From positions 1 through 64,000 of the forward strand of contig JAPMXV010000002.1 in NCBI GenBank assembly GCA_026936335.1: a DNA stretch of 64,000 bases. The letters are read 5' to 3'. The position numbers and the translations under genes are program-made. Origin of the DNA: Mantamonas sphyraenae STR306 (Eukaryota; Protista; CRuMs). The notes beneath the pieces are model-generated. The model saw only the letters and a list, made by a program, of their open reading frames with translations. It was not told where the DNA came from and ran no database searches. Positions 10,201 to 25,200 of the stretch are shown here, in pieces (position 1 is the stretch's first letter; every line of letters starts with the position of its first letter).

Positions 10201-13200
10201 GCCATTCTCGGCACCTCTCTCCTCGTCGCTGGTGACTTTACAGGCTCCTCTTTCCTCGCACAGCCTGGACACGGCTCCACCAACGCCGCACTTCTCGCCC
10301 TCAATACCACAGACGGTTCCGTCCTGTGGGCACGCTCCCTCTCCTCTCCTGCAACCTCGCCCCACGCCGTCTTCTTCACCAGCATCGCCGCCACGCCCAC
10401 AGGCCTCCTTGTCGCCGTCGGTGAGATCAACGGGCCCGTTCACAATGTCGTCCACCACGGCGATCGTGACGTCGTCGTCGCCGTCTACGACGCCTTGGGC
10501 TCCCTCGTCAACATCTCGGCCCTCGGGAACGCTGTCCATCAGTACCAGGCCACCGTCGCTGCCGGGTGCTCCCGCTCCATCGCAGTTGCTGCAATCACAA
10601 ATCCCACCAACCTCTACGCACCCTTTCTCGGTGGCGCCACAGACCTGTTTGTGCACACATACGCCCTCGACGTCCCTCCCTACTTTGCCACCCCGCTGCC
10701 GCAAACTCTCGACGTCACCACAACGGCCCTCGGCGCTGCACATCCGCTCGTAGTCGCTGACCCCGACAGCAACGTCACTCTCTACCTCACCTGCACGGCG
10801 TGCACCCCGTCCGCCTCATTCTGGACTGGCTCTCCCGCACACGTCTCTGAACAGTGGGCCAAGCTCACCGTCACTTTTGACACTGCCGTCCAGGACCAGC
10901 TTCTCAACCTCACCCTTGCCGACGGCACCTCTGTACGTCACTCCTCCTCTCGCATCCTTGGCGTATGCCCGCCCTTCAACTCTTCCTCCACCGCCGTGGT
11001 TCAGCCCTACCCGGACGCCATCTTTGAAGCTGGCTCCATTGATGCCTCCGGCGACCTCATCCTCGCCGGCATCCAGGACGGCAATGCCGTCCCCACCCTC
11101 CTCCTCGCCAAGTACTCTCCGTCTGGCTCACTCCTGTGGTCCCACACCCAAAGGGCATTTCGAGATCGTGCACGTGCTGTCGTCACCGATCCCCACCGCA
11201 ACATCTACGTGTGCGGCTGGACACACGACACCTCCGCCACACAAAACCTCGCCGCCGTCATCTACAAGTTCTCCCCTGCAGGCACCCCCTCTGGAACCAC
11301 ACCGTCGACACAGACCAGATCGACATGTTTACAGCCTGTGTCCTCACAAACGACGCGTCCGCCCTCTACGCTGTCGGCACCACAACAGGCGCTGCATTCG
11401 CTACCAACCAAGGTGGTGTAGACATCATCCTCCAAAAGGTGGACGCTGCAACAGGCACCCCCGTGTGGTCCCGCCAGTACGGCAGCTCCACAGCCGACGT
11501 CCTTAGTGCCGTCTGCATCGACGCAACCGACACCCTCTACGCCGTCGGCGAGTCTTCGGGCTCCTTCAACAACGCCTCATCACAGTCTGCACTTCCAGAC
11601 ATGCTCGTCATCAAGCTTTCTCCCTCTGGCCAGCACATGTGGACTCGCATGTATGGCACCTTGAACGCAGACACCCTCAGCGACTGCGTCGTCCTCAACG
11701 CCTCGCTCTACGCCGTTGGATATTCCTCGGGCCTCGACTTTTACACCCAGCCGCCACTCGGCGGCAGCCGCGACTCTGCCTTTGTCGCCATCGACACCGC
11801 AAGCGGCAACCTCACACACACCGCCCTCTTTGGCACCTCTGTAGATGACCGCGCCCAGGGTATCGCTCTCATCGGCAACGACGCCCTCCTTGTCACAGGC
11901 TACTCCGCTGCCAACGGCACCCTCACTCCAAACAACACATCCACCCACACGGACACCTACTACTCCATCCTCTCCTTCCAAGGCGACGTCCTCTCCACAC
12001 ACCGTGCCCTGCCCGCAACTGCAGACACACAGTCCACCTTTGTCGCTGCCTCTCCCCACTGCTCCCGCAACATGCTCATCGGTGGCTCCTTCGCCTCCTC
12101 CGCCTTTTTCCTCCCACTCACCGTCAGCGTGCCGCCCACCATCTCTCTCTCCTCCCGCATCGACGCCACAACCACTGCCATCGGCATGGACTACCCGCTT
12201 GCCATCTCTGACGTCGACTCCTTGTCACTCACCCTCACCGTCTCGTGCGACGCCTGCGTTCTCGCCGGTCTGTCGCTGCCCGCTAAAGGCACTCCTGCCT
12301 CCCTGCAGCAGCGTTGGTCCAACCTCACCGTCACTTTTGACCCTACACGAGGACGCAACATCTTCACTGTCTCTGTCGCAGACGCATACTCTCAATCCCG
12401 TGCCGTGGCTGCCGTCGTCGGCGGATGCCCCGCCTACCCCGGCGATCTCTCCCTTCACGACTCCATCTCAGGCAGCCAGGTCGCACATGGCAGCACCGTC
12501 GACAGCGAAGGAAACGTCATCATCGGTGGCTACACAGACGCACCCTACCCAGGCCACACCTACTTTGGCGGCACCAGCGATGTCTTTGTGCGCAAATTCG
12601 CTCCGGATGGCTCCCTCCTCTGGACCTGGTACGCAGGCACTGTGGCCGCAGACCACGTCTGGGATGTCAGTGTCGATCTCTTTGACAATGTCTACGCCTC
12701 GGCAGACATGCAGTCCTCCTACGCTGCCGTCTTTAAATTCGATCGCAACGGCAACCGTCTCTGGACGGCCACCTTTGACTCCACGGGCACAGATCTTGTA
12801 GACGCATGCTCTCCGTCGCACGACGGTGCACATCTATACGTCTCAGGCCAGACTACCGGTCCCCTTGTCCCCGAAGGCGCAAACCTGAACGGCCTCTCCG
12901 CCTTTGTCGCAAAACTCCGCGCCTCAGACGGACGCAGGCTTTGGCTCCGCCAAACGGGCACAACCACAGCGGCCGGCATCGAAGTAATCAGCAATTGCGT
13001 CGACCAGGCAGACAACGTCTACGTCGTCGGCGCTGCGAACGGCCCCTACAACGGCCAGATCCACATGGGTGCCAAAGACATCACCCTCATCAAGTACAGC
13101 TCGTCCGGTGACCTTCTCTGGACAAAGAACTACGGCACTGCCAACGACGACGCCGTCACCTTCTGCTACGTCCAGGACGCCACGCAGACACTCTTTGTTT

Positions 13201-16200
13201 CTGGATACGTCGCCGGAGCCTTCCAAGACCAGCCTTCGCAGTATGGTGCCGGCAACATCGACATCCTTACCATGTCCCTCAGTGCAAGCGATGGCTCCAT
13301 CAACTGGGCTCGTGTTCTTGCCAGCCCTGGTTTCGACGTCGCTTGGGGCGTTGCTCCGCTGAACCCGTCCCTCCTTGTCATCGCCGCAGAGACATCCTCG
13401 TCCCTTCCGGGCATGACCTCTTCTGGCGGCGTCGACATTGCCTACGCCGTCTACACTGTCAACGGCACTCTCCTCGATCTGCAGCAGCTCGGCTCGTCTG
13501 GCGCCGACACCCTTCGCAAGCTCCGTTCAGCTTGCAATGGACAATTTATCCTTGGCGGCTGGTCCTCCGGCACCCTGTTTGGCGGCCCGGCCATCAGCAA
13601 CGACGCTTTCATCGGACGCCGCCGCTTCAACGCCGCCCCAACCCTCCAGCTCGCCTTGCCCACCCAAGTTGGCGTCGTCCTCCGCACCCTCCCGGCTGCA
13701 TACCCATCACAGTCTCTGACCTCGACTCATCCAACCTCACCCTCTCCATCGCCTGTGGCGGCTGTGTCGTCCTCCCCAGCCCCGTCCTCACAGGCTCCCC
13801 CGCACACATTGCCTCCGCCTGGTCTACCCTCGACCTCCGCTTCGCAAACGCACCCTTCAACCAATCGCTCGTCATTTCTCTCACCGATGGCATCAACACA
13901 GTCACCAGGACTGCGTCCATCGTCGGCGGCTGCGAACCCGTCACCCCCTCTCAGTTCAACGCCCAAACGGGCACTTCCTCGAGGGAAGAGGCCGTTGCAT
14001 CCGCCGTGGATAACCGAGGCAACCTACTCATCGGCATCTATACACAGGGCACCTTCAACGGACTCGACAACAATGGAGGCAGCGACGACATCGTCATCTA
14101 CAAGCGCCGACCCGACGGTTCCAACTTTTGGGGCCGCTCCTTCCCCGCCCCAGGCAGTCAGGTCATCCACAGAATCGTCACTGACCACCTCGGCTACATC
14201 TACTTTGACGGCTTGTCCACCGGCAGCATCGATGGCACCACTCCCATTGGCGCCCAAAGTGATTCCATCATCTTCAAACTCCACCCAGCTGACGGCTCTA
14301 CTGTGTGGAAGCGCCAGTTTGGAACTTCCGCCGTCGACTACAACCATGGCCTCGCCCTCACCGCCAACGACTCGTACATTTATGGTGTCGGTGCAACGTT
14401 TGCCTCGTTTGCTGCACCAACCGCAGGCAGCTCTGACATCTACGTCACTCAGCTCCGCTCACAAGACGGTTCAACCGTCTGGTCGCACCAGGTCGGCTCA
14501 TCTGGATCCGACGAGGCCCGTGGCGTCTGCGTCGACCCACTTGACGACTCTGTGTTTGTGATCGGCTCCGTCTCCAACTCTGCAACCATCAACGGCGTCA
14601 ACAAGCCCAACGCGGACCGCGATATCATCGTCATCAAGTACGCCCTCAACGGCACCCACTTGTGGACTCGCTTCCAGGGTACCGACGGCACCGACGATGG
14701 CTGGACTTGCGTCACCCTCGGCAGCGTCCTCTACGTCGGCGCTATGATCGGTTCAAAGAACCTGCTCAATGGCACATCTCTCGACAACGGGAACAACCGA
14801 GCAGGCGCCATCTTTGCATTCAACACCGCCAACGGCGCTGACCTGTGGGTCCAGACCATCTGGGGTTCCGGCGAAACAAACGTTCAGAGCATGGCCCTCA
14901 CCTCAAACCGCAACCTCGTCATCGGCGGTTGGACCACCGCCGCTCTCCCAGGCAACACCAACGCGGGCAGCGAGGACGCTTGGTACGCAACCTTCCTACC
15001 CGACGGCACGCGCCTCGCCATCAAGCAGTTTGGCTCCACCGCTGCCGAACGCCTGCGCTCCATCGCCGCAGGCTGCAACAAACAGATCCTCATCTCGGGC
15101 TACACGTCGGGGAACCTCTTTGCTGGTCCTTCAGGCGACTACGACGCTTGGTACTCTTCTGTAGTCATCAACTCGCCCCCTACCGTCTCGGGCAATCCGC
15201 AGCATAAGCTGGCCAAGCTCTTCCACACAGGCGCGGACATGCCCCTCTTCTTTGCCGATCCCAACGACTACGGTGACCTTCTCACCGTGTCCATCCATTG
15301 CAAATCCTGCAACGCCACGCCTGCCACCCTGCACGGCACACCTGCACACGTTTCACAGACCTGGCTCGCCGTCACATTCGCCTGGTCACCCACAGAGACA
15401 AACGAAACGCTCGTCATCGAAACCTCCGACGGCATCGCCTCCGTCAACACCACCGTGCACGTGCTCGGTGGCTGTCCCCCCGACGGACCCGCCATCGGCT
15501 TGCAGTATTCGTACTCCAGCACCGGTGCCGACATCTTCTATGCCAGCACCTTTGATCTGGACGGAAACATCATCATGACCGGCTTCACCCGTGGTGTTCT
15601 CCCAGGCCACTCAAACGCAGGCCTTGAGGACGTCATCATTGTCAAGGCATCTCCTCAAGGCTCCATCATTTGGAGCAAGCAGTTCGGAGGCGCATCCTCA
15701 GACTTCTCCCAAGCAGCCATCACAGACTCCCAGGGTCGCATCTATGTCGCCATATACACAGTCTCAAACACGTTGCTCGGCACGTCGAGCATTGGCTTCC
15801 AGGATACCGTCGTCGCATGCTTCGAACCGAAATACGGCGATCTCGTGTGGGCTCGCCGGTACGGAACCACAAACGGCGCCGACAATCCATACGGCCTCGT
15901 TCTCAGTGCGAACGAAACCCTTCTGTACATAGGTGGCTTCACAGATGGCGCCTTCCCTGGTCTTACCAACGCAGGCGGCTACGACGGCTTTGTCATCCTT
16001 GCCGACGCAGACACTGGCTTCCAACGCAACGTGGTTATGTTTGGCGGCGGTTCGAACGAGGTCCATCGCGCGCTGTGTGGTGACGAGCAGGGCAACATCT
16101 ACTGGACCGGCGAGGTCAGAAGTGCCTTTGGCGGCGCCGTGCTCACCGGCCCCGTTGATCAGGGCGTCGTCAAGCTCAGCCCCACCCTCGACATCCTCTG

Positions 16201-19200
16201 GGTGACTGCCATGGGTACATCAGCACTGACTCTGGCCAAGCGTGCGCTGCTGGAAACGGCAACGTCTTTGTGGGAGGCTTTATGTACGGCAAGTACCTTG
16301 ACCAGCCGTACCACGGCGCCGCCGACGCATCTTTGGTTTCCTTGCGCGCTTCGGATGGCCAAGTACAATGGGCGCGCATGTTTGGCGGAAGCAACCAGGA
16401 CAAAATCTGGAACGTGCATCTCACCTCCTGGGGCCATGTTTTCCTTGTTGGAAACGTGAACGGCAACCTCGAGGGCTTCGACAACCTCCTTACAAACAGG
16501 GACAATGTCGTGTACGCTGTTTACAGCCCTTCAGGCAAACTCAAACTCTTGAACCAGTTTGGTGCAAACGACGATACCATCGTGCGTTACGGAGGTGTCA
16601 CCTGCGACTCGCTCGCTCTCGTCGGAGGCGACACAAAGGCCAGCCTCTTTGCAACGAATGGCGGCGGCACCGACGCCTGGGTTGCCACGCTCGACATTAG
16701 CTTGCCGCCCGATTTCGTCATGCCCCTTGTCCTCGACCCAGAGATCGAGCTCGGCAAAAAGGCACCGCTCTCGGAGCTCGCGAGCTACTCTTCAGCGCCC
16801 ATTCTTCTCAACGCCACTTGCACAGGATGCACCCTCAGCCAATCCTTCTTCACCGGCACTGTTGCCCAGGTGGCCAACGCATGGGCCCAAGTCACAGCCA
16901 CCTACGCCCCCTTTGTCGCATCCTCTCTCGTCCTGCAGGCCACAGACGCACACACGACCAGGACGTTCAACCACACCGTCCACTTTCGCACGTGCACCAC
17001 CATCGCCTCGTCTGCATACTCGCCCGTCCAGATCAACACTCCCGGAAACGACGTCGCTGCCGATGGTGCTTTCGATCCCGAGGGCAACGTGTACATCGCA
17101 GGGGAAACCACAGGCACCGTTGGCACGGGCAATCCCGCAGGGACCAAGAAAACCTATGTGCGCAAGAGCACCCCGGCCGGTACAAAGATCTGGGACCTGC
17201 ACATTTCCACAGGCTCCACTGGCAACGCAGCCTTTCGCATGGTCGTCGACCGCGCGGGCAACTCGTATGTCGGTGGCCGCGTCGAAGGCACCGGTTCTCT
17301 GCCCGGCCAGCCTGCTGCAGTCGCCGATGACGCCTACGTGCTCAAGATCAACCCGGTCGGCGAAATCGTCTGGATCCGCCAGTTTGGCACATCCGGGAGC
17401 GACCACACCCACGGGCTCGCTCTATCCACCGACCAGTCTCACATCTACGTCGCTGGTCTCGTTCCCGGCGGCCGCAACTTGTACGCACCTTCCAACGGCG
17501 ACGACGACTTCTTTGTCGCCAAATACCGCGTTTCCGACGGTTTCTTGGTGTGGGGCCGACAGAACGGCGCCACAGGCATCGACACCCTCGGAGACATCTG
17601 CGTCGACCCCAACGACAACGTGTACGCCGTCTTGGCAACCGCTGGGCAAATCCCAGGTGGACCCACCACAACATCAGTTGATTGGGGCCTCGTCAAGTAC
17701 ACCAGCTCCGGAACCTTTCAGTGGTTCAAGTCTGTCGCCGGAAGTGGGATTCAGGACGCGGCACGGGCTTGCGTCGCAACCACAAGCACGCTTTTTGTTG
17801 CCGGCGAGGTGAGTGGCAACGTTGGAACCATCACGGGCATCTCCAGCCCTACTGGCGCCATGATGGCCTTTCAGGCCTCGAACGGTGCAAACACCTGGAT
17901 GGTCGCCAAGGGCTCGGCAGGCACCGACCGCATCTATGGCCTGGCTATGGTCAACGGACTTCTCCTCATGGCTGGCTATGTGCCAAACGATTCCGTCTCC
18001 CCGTACACCACCGCCGGCGGCAACGACTTTTTCTCTGTCACCGTCTCCCAAACCGGCTCTGTCGTCGCCTGGAGGCAGTGGGGCGGAACTACCCACGACA
18101 CCATCCTCTCTGTCGCCGCAGGCTGCGCAGGCAAAGCTCTGCTCGTCGGCAAGACCCGCTCCACAATCGTCGTGAACCCCACCACGGAGAGCATGTACTA
18201 CGAGGTTGTCGACATGGATGTGGCACCCGCCCTGGACACTCCCAATGTCGAAATCCAGCCAACTTGGACCAGCTTCAAGAGCGACTTTCAAGTCAGCGTT
18301 GCCGATGACGGCGACAACATGTTGCTCCAACTACATTGCATCAACTGCACCGTATCTCAGTCCCACATCTATGGCACTCCCAACCAGATCCACCAACAGC
18401 TCAAGGACGTCGTGGCATCCTTTGATGCCACCAACCCGCACCAGTGGCTGAACCTCACCCTCTCCGATGGCATCCTCTCTTCCCAGGCTGTCACACGAGT
18501 GGCCACCTGTGGCACCACGCCACCCCCTGTAGCCCCCGCACCGTTCCAGTTTGGCACCATCTCCAACGATGAGGCCTATTCCGTTGATATGACATACGAT
18601 GGCTCTTTTGCCATTGGTGGCTGGACCGGAAATGCCTTTCCAGGGCAGACCAACAAGGGTAATGTCGATGCGTTTGTGCGAGTCTACGCTGCCTCGGGTA
18701 CCGAGCTGTGGACCAGGCAGTTTGGCAGCTCCGTCCACGACCAGGTCAATGCAGTTGCCATGGACTCTCGCGGAAACGTTTACGCTGTCGGCTACACCCA
18801 TGCCACTGGGTCCTTTGAGGGACAAACCAAATCAGGTGCCAACGATGTGTTTGTCATCAAATTCAACCGATTTGGACTCACGCAGTGGGTCAGAATCCTC
18901 GTCGGCACAAGCTCCGATATTGCGCACGACTGCGCCGTGTCCAAAGACGGCCAGCATGTGTACGTCACAGGCTCCACGCAGGGCACCATCGAAAACTTTC
19001 CCAGCGCGTCGGGGCAATCTGGATTCGTCGTCAAACTGCGCGCAGACAATGCTCAGCTAGTGTGGGTCCGACAGACCAGCGGTACCAATGTCTATGGCCA
19101 AGGCATCTGCCTGGATGCAAGGGGCGACGTCTTCGTCACAGGCTATGCGGCCAGTTCCCTCAACGGCCAAACGTTTTCGGGCTCCTCGGACATCTACCTC

Positions 19201-22200
19201 GAGCACTATGACAGCAAAGGACAGCTTTTGTGGACACGAATGTGGGGCACCACCGCTGACGATCGTGGCTACCGCTGTCAGGTGATTGGAACCACCGTCT
19301 ACCTTTCCGTCGTGTTTGGGGCCAGCTTCAACGGTGAGACTTTCCCTGTGGGTGCCGATCGCGCCGCTACGGTCATGTCTGTACGCACAAACGACGGAGA
19401 CCTCCAGTGGACGCGTTTTGTCGACAGGGATGCGCAGATCGGACGCATGGGCATGACGATTGTCGGCGACGAGCTCATTGTCATCACCGCCGTATCCAAA
19501 GGCAAGGCACCGCCTTTGGGCACCAACAAAGACAGTTTGGTGGCAGCGTTTGGCACCGACGGCGCAAGGTTCAGTGTGGACCTCATCGGCTCCACTGCCG
19601 ATGATTATGGCCGCTTCGCCGCGTCGTCGTCCTGCTTTGGCATCGGCGTTCTCGGAGGGCACACTCTTGGCCCTCTCTACGGACCCAACTCTCCAACCAG
19701 AATGCAGGTCTTTGTCGACCCGCAGACGTTTGCGCCACAAATCGGAGGCCTGCCTTTGACCATGCCGGTTGTCATGACTGCCGTGGGAGCAGAGTATCCG
19801 ATCAGTCTCGCCAATCCCATGGGTCCAGGCGCCACCATGACCCTCTCGGTCTCGTGTTTCCACTGCAACCTCAGCAGCAACATCGCACAGCCCCTAACAG
19901 GCACACCCCAGGCCCTGAAATCCGCCTGGGCCTCTGCAACAGTCTCGTTCAGTCCCGTGCACGGCAACGAGACCCTGGTTGTCTCTGTGTCCAACGGCCT
20001 GCGCTCGTCACAGCACCGTGTCCAAGTTACGGGTGCCTGTTCTCCGCCGCGGCCCGCATTCACACGCCAATTCGGAGACACAGCCAACACCATCAACGAC
20101 TACGCGCCGCATGTCATCAGAGACACCGATGGAAGCATCGTCGCCACGGGATACTCCTTTGGTGCCGCATTCCCGGGCCACACGAACCAGGGCGTCCACG
20201 ACCTCTGGCTCGCAAAGTGGGACGCCTATGGCAGCCTTCTGTGGAACATGCAGATGGGTACCAGTGCCGCAGATGTGTTCTGGAGGGTCGATGCAGACAC
20301 ACAGGGCAACTACTACGTCGCAGGCTGGACATCCACAGCCATCGACGGCCAAACATACATTGGGGGTGGTGGGGACGGTCTCGTCGTCAAGGTGGCCTCC
20401 GACGGCACGCGGCTTTGGACCAAACTCGTGGGAACCACAGACACCGATGCCGCCATTCGTGCCATACCCTCCATTGACGGTCAGCACGTCTACGTTGCAG
20501 GGAGGACTCTCCTGAACATGGTTGGGGCAGGCACATTCAACGGCAACTCTTTCTACCTGGGCATCCTGTCTGCAAGTAACGGGCGGCTCTTGTCCCAGCA
20601 CCAAGCGGCCGTAGAGAGCGATGCCGAGCCTCTTGACATGTGCATGGACATCCAGGGCAACGTCTACCAAGTTGGCATGACCTCAGGGACCGTCGCCTCC
20701 CAAACATACTTTGGCGGCCCCAAGGACCAGCTCATCGTCCGCTTCACACCCTCTGGCTCAACTACCTACCAAAAGATTTTTGGTACCAGCGGCGATGACG
20801 TCGCTGAGGCCTGCCTCGAAACAAACGGCGTCCTCTACGTTGTTGGCAAGCTGAACAACCAGCCTTCCATCAGCAGGCACGTTTCTGGCACCGGCACCAG
20901 ATCGTGGGTTCAAACCATCTCCACCACCAACACGGGTTCCATCAACGGTATCGCCTTGTACGGCAACGGTATCCTTGCTGTTGCTGGCGAGACCAACGGC
21001 GCCGTCCAATCGCTTGTTGGAGTCGGTGGTGCAGGGCTGGGCAGCTTCTACGCCTTCTTCACTTCAGAGGGCGCTCTGCGCTCCGTCCATCCGTTTGGAT
21101 TTTCCACGTCAGTGGTGTCCACTCGTGTCGAAACAATGGATGCGGTGTGCACCAAGCAGCTCGTCCTTGCAGGCGACACAGACACAGATCCGACCGGAAC
21201 CGCTATGAACAACGTGCAGGCCTTCATCACTGTGGTGGATACAAACATTCCACCCATCTATTCCGGTCTGCCCAGCATCTGGCGCAACACCGACCCGAAT
21301 CTGGGCAACTCCAACTTGCAGCTTGTCGACGACGACGACTCGGTGCTCACCATGTCTTTCTCCTGCCAACACTGCCAGTTGCCCTTCAACTCTCTCACCT
21401 CGAGTGCCGCCCTCCTTGTCGCTGCCTTCAAAGATTTCAGCCCAACCTACAGTTCCGACCACGGTCTGGACGTGCTCACTGTGACATTCAGTGACGGCCA
21501 GGTGGATGTCAAGCACAACATATCCATTGTTGGGGGTTGTACTGCCTCGCAAACGACCTCTTTCCAGTATGGCACAAGTGGCCTCGACAACCAACGTGCG
21601 CATGCCATCGACAACCAAGGCAATCTGGTCGTAGTTGGACACACACGCGGTAGTTTCCCGGGTTTCGCAAACGCAGGTGGCGATGACATGTACGCGCGCA
21701 AGTACTCTCCTTCGGGTCAGCTCATCTGGACCTGGCAAGGCGGCACGGACGCTTCCGAAGTAGCCACCGCCGTCGCCGTGGATCCGGCAGGCAACGTCTA
21801 CGTCGGTGGTGATTTGACGGCGACTGGGCCTTCTGGCCATGTCGTGAACACCTCGGCGGTTGTCTACAAGCTCCGTGCCGCAGACGGCAAGATCGAACGC
21901 CAGCACATCGTGTCGGCACCCGCTGCAAACACATCCATGGTCGCCCTCGCCACCTATGGTGCTGTCGAACCCGAATTGTATGCTCTCATGTCAACTACAG
22001 GCGGCGTCCTTGCAGGGTCCGCCGGAAACAACACCGTGGGGCGGGCCGCCGTCCTCTACAGATTCAACTACAACGGCGATCTCCTCAAGACGCATCAGTT
22101 TGGCAACACCGTCGATCTGGTGCCCACCAGCCTTTGCGTCGACCCGGTGTACACCGTCGTCTACGTCACCGCGTCCACCTCCGCTGCGGTTGACAACCAG

Positions 22201-25200
22201 CCATTCGCCGGCGGTTCCACAGACCAGATCGTCTATGCGTTCAGCACCGGTCTCTCGTTGCTCATGGCACAATCAATCGGAACCGCAGCCGATGACACGG
22301 CCTTTGCATGTGCTGCGCGCAACAACGTCGTGTACGTTGCAGGGTCGATGGGCGCATCGTTCATGGACCAGCCGCACGCCGGTGGCCAGGACGTCTCCAT
22401 CGTGGCTGTCCGCATGCACAACAACCAGGGTGAGATCCTATGGGCTCGCTCCCTTGGTTCGTCTGCCACAGACAGTCCGACTGCCATTGCGTTTACCTCC
22501 CCCAACACTCTCTTTGTGCTGGGCAGTACCGACGGCGCTCTCCCTGGACAGTCTTCAGCCGGAGGCCGTGACGTCTTCCACGCCCTCTACGACACCTCGG
22601 GCAACAGGCACAGTCTCGTCCAGCTGGGCACCTCGGGCACCGACCAAGCATCTGCCTCCTCGTACGGCACTGGATGTGCTGGACAGGCTTTGGTTGCTGG
22701 TACGACCTCGGGCACCCTTGTCGGTGAAACTTCGGGTGGTGTCGATGGCTTTGTGCAGGTCGTTTTGCCCAACGTCGCACCCGTCGTTTCGGGCATCCCT
22801 TCGCAGGGTATCTCCGCCGATGTCACTGCCCTCGGCGCCGTCCACAACATCTCTTTCACCGATCCTGACAGCACCGTCATCTCTGTCAACATCACGTGTG
22901 ACGTGGGCGTCGTCACACCCAACTATCTCAACGGCACCGCCACACAGCTTACACAAGCGTGGCCCGCAGTCACGGCCTCCTTCCAAGCAAATGCAACCAA
23001 CGGCACGCTCACCTTCCACGTGAGTGACGGCAAGTCGACCACCTTGGCGACCGCCCGTGTGTATGGCGGCTGTGCAGGGCGTGCAGCCGGTTTCACATCC
23101 GCATATGGCAACAGCAACCAGCAGGACCGCTCCTTTGGCGCAATCGATCGCGAAGGCAACGTGTACAGCGTTGTTGCCACCGCCGGAAGTCTCGATGCGG
23201 GCCCTTCCGCAGGCTCGTGGGACTGGTATATCCGCAAGTACTCGCCAGCGGGTGCTGTGTTGTGGATCAGGCAACTCGGAGGCGACAACGCCGACTTTGT
23301 CCACCACTCCCTCACAGACACCTTTGGTTCTCTGTACGTGGTTGGCGCCACCCAAAGCTCGGATTTTGAAGGCCTTTCGCCTTTGGGGTCGTGGGACTAC
23401 GTTGCCGCCAAATTCTCTCCTTCGGGCAACACGCTTTGGGCCAAGCGGCTCGGCAATACGAGCCTTGACATGTTCCACTCTGCCGCCATCTCGCCTGATG
23501 GCCAACGCTTGTATGCTGTCGGAGAGGGCGTTGATTCCATCTACGACCCTGTTCCGGGAGGCAGCCCTTCCGCAACCGTCGTCTCCTTCAACGCATCCAC
23601 AGGTGCCGTCATCTGGGGCTCCCAGTTCGGCTCGTCCTCCACTGACCGGGCCGAAGGCGTGTGCGTCGATGCCACCGGCGATCATGTCTATGTTGTCGGC
23701 CAGACAAGCGGAAATCTCCAAGGCAACTCTCCCGTTGGCCTGTACGACGCCTTTGTGGCAAAGTACACAGCCGCAGGTACTCGTGTGTGGACGCGACTCT
23801 ATGGTTCCACTTCCGATGACGACGCATTTGCGTGTGTAGTCCACAACGATCGCGTGTACGTCACTGGCCTGGCTGGAGACACGGCTGCGCCCTTCCTTGG
23901 CCAAACAACCGCCGGACAGCCAGACGCGTTTGTCGTGGCCATTGATGCCGCCCAAGGAAACGTCCAGTGGGTACGGCTCGTGGGTACTCCAGCGGACGAT
24001 TCTTCCGCTGCCATTGTGAAAACCCCGGACAATCTTCTCGTGATTGGCGGATTCGTCAACGGCCCCTTGCCTGGAAACACCCACAGCAACGACAGGGATG
24101 CCTTTTATGCTGCGTTTCTGTATGACGGTACCATGGTCAAGGCAACCCAGTTTGGAACAACTGGCAAGGATCAAGTCATGGCCATGGACGTCAACTGTGC
24201 CGGCCAACTGGCCATCTTTGGCAAGAGTGGAGGCGACATCTTTGGCGTCAACAACCAGGGCGCCTTTGACGCTTGGATCATGTCCACGTACATCCCGCAG
24301 CCAAGTGTGTACGGACTTCCCGACACAATCGATGCAACCGTGCGCAACATCGGCACCGCCTTTCCCCTGGACATCCGTGCCACTGTCGACACGTCCATGA
24401 CCCTGACCCTCTCGTGCAACCACTGCACCTTGTCGACACACGTGCTCACCGGCTCCGCTGCAGACCTTACACGTGCGTGGGGTGACGTCACCGTCCTCTT
24501 TCACACTGTCCTCAACGATACCTTGACCGTGCGTGTCAACGCCAGCCAAGATGCGTCCACCGAGTTGGCCAAGCCAGTGCGCCATCTCTGTGTCGACGCA
24601 CAGGCGGGGCCCAGCGATGCGCAGCTGTCCAAGCCCCTCGAGGCCCTCAGCGCAGCTTCTACCCAGCACTACTACATCTGCGAGGCTCGTCCTCAGCTCA
24701 AGTGTTTCTGGGGCGATTCCATTGGATACACTGACGCCAACGTCACCAGCTACCTCAACATGTCCTGTGCCTTGCCGCCTCGTTCGTCCTTTTCCCAGCC
24801 CGTCCAACAGCTCAGTGCCAGTGCTTGGATTGACGGCGTCCACCTCAACGACCACCACCCGCTGGATGTCTGGACCAACCGTAAGTCTATCACACACATG
24901 CCTTTTCCTTCTTCTCCTTTGTTTTTTTTTTTGCTCACATCCGGGTCCCCCTCAATCTCGCAGTCAACGACGGTGTGTATGACATGCACATTGAGTCACC
25001 CAGCGATGCACAGCGCCCCGTGCTCTTTTCCAACCAGGTCGTCGACGACTTCAACCAGTTCTACAACATCACACAGACCATCGAATCACACGCGATCTCC
25101 ATTGCACTGAGCTCCGTCGAAGGTCTCGCCCCGAACGATCGCATCCTCTTGTACGCATTTGGCAACTACAACCAAAAGTTCACTCACGGTCACTACGACT

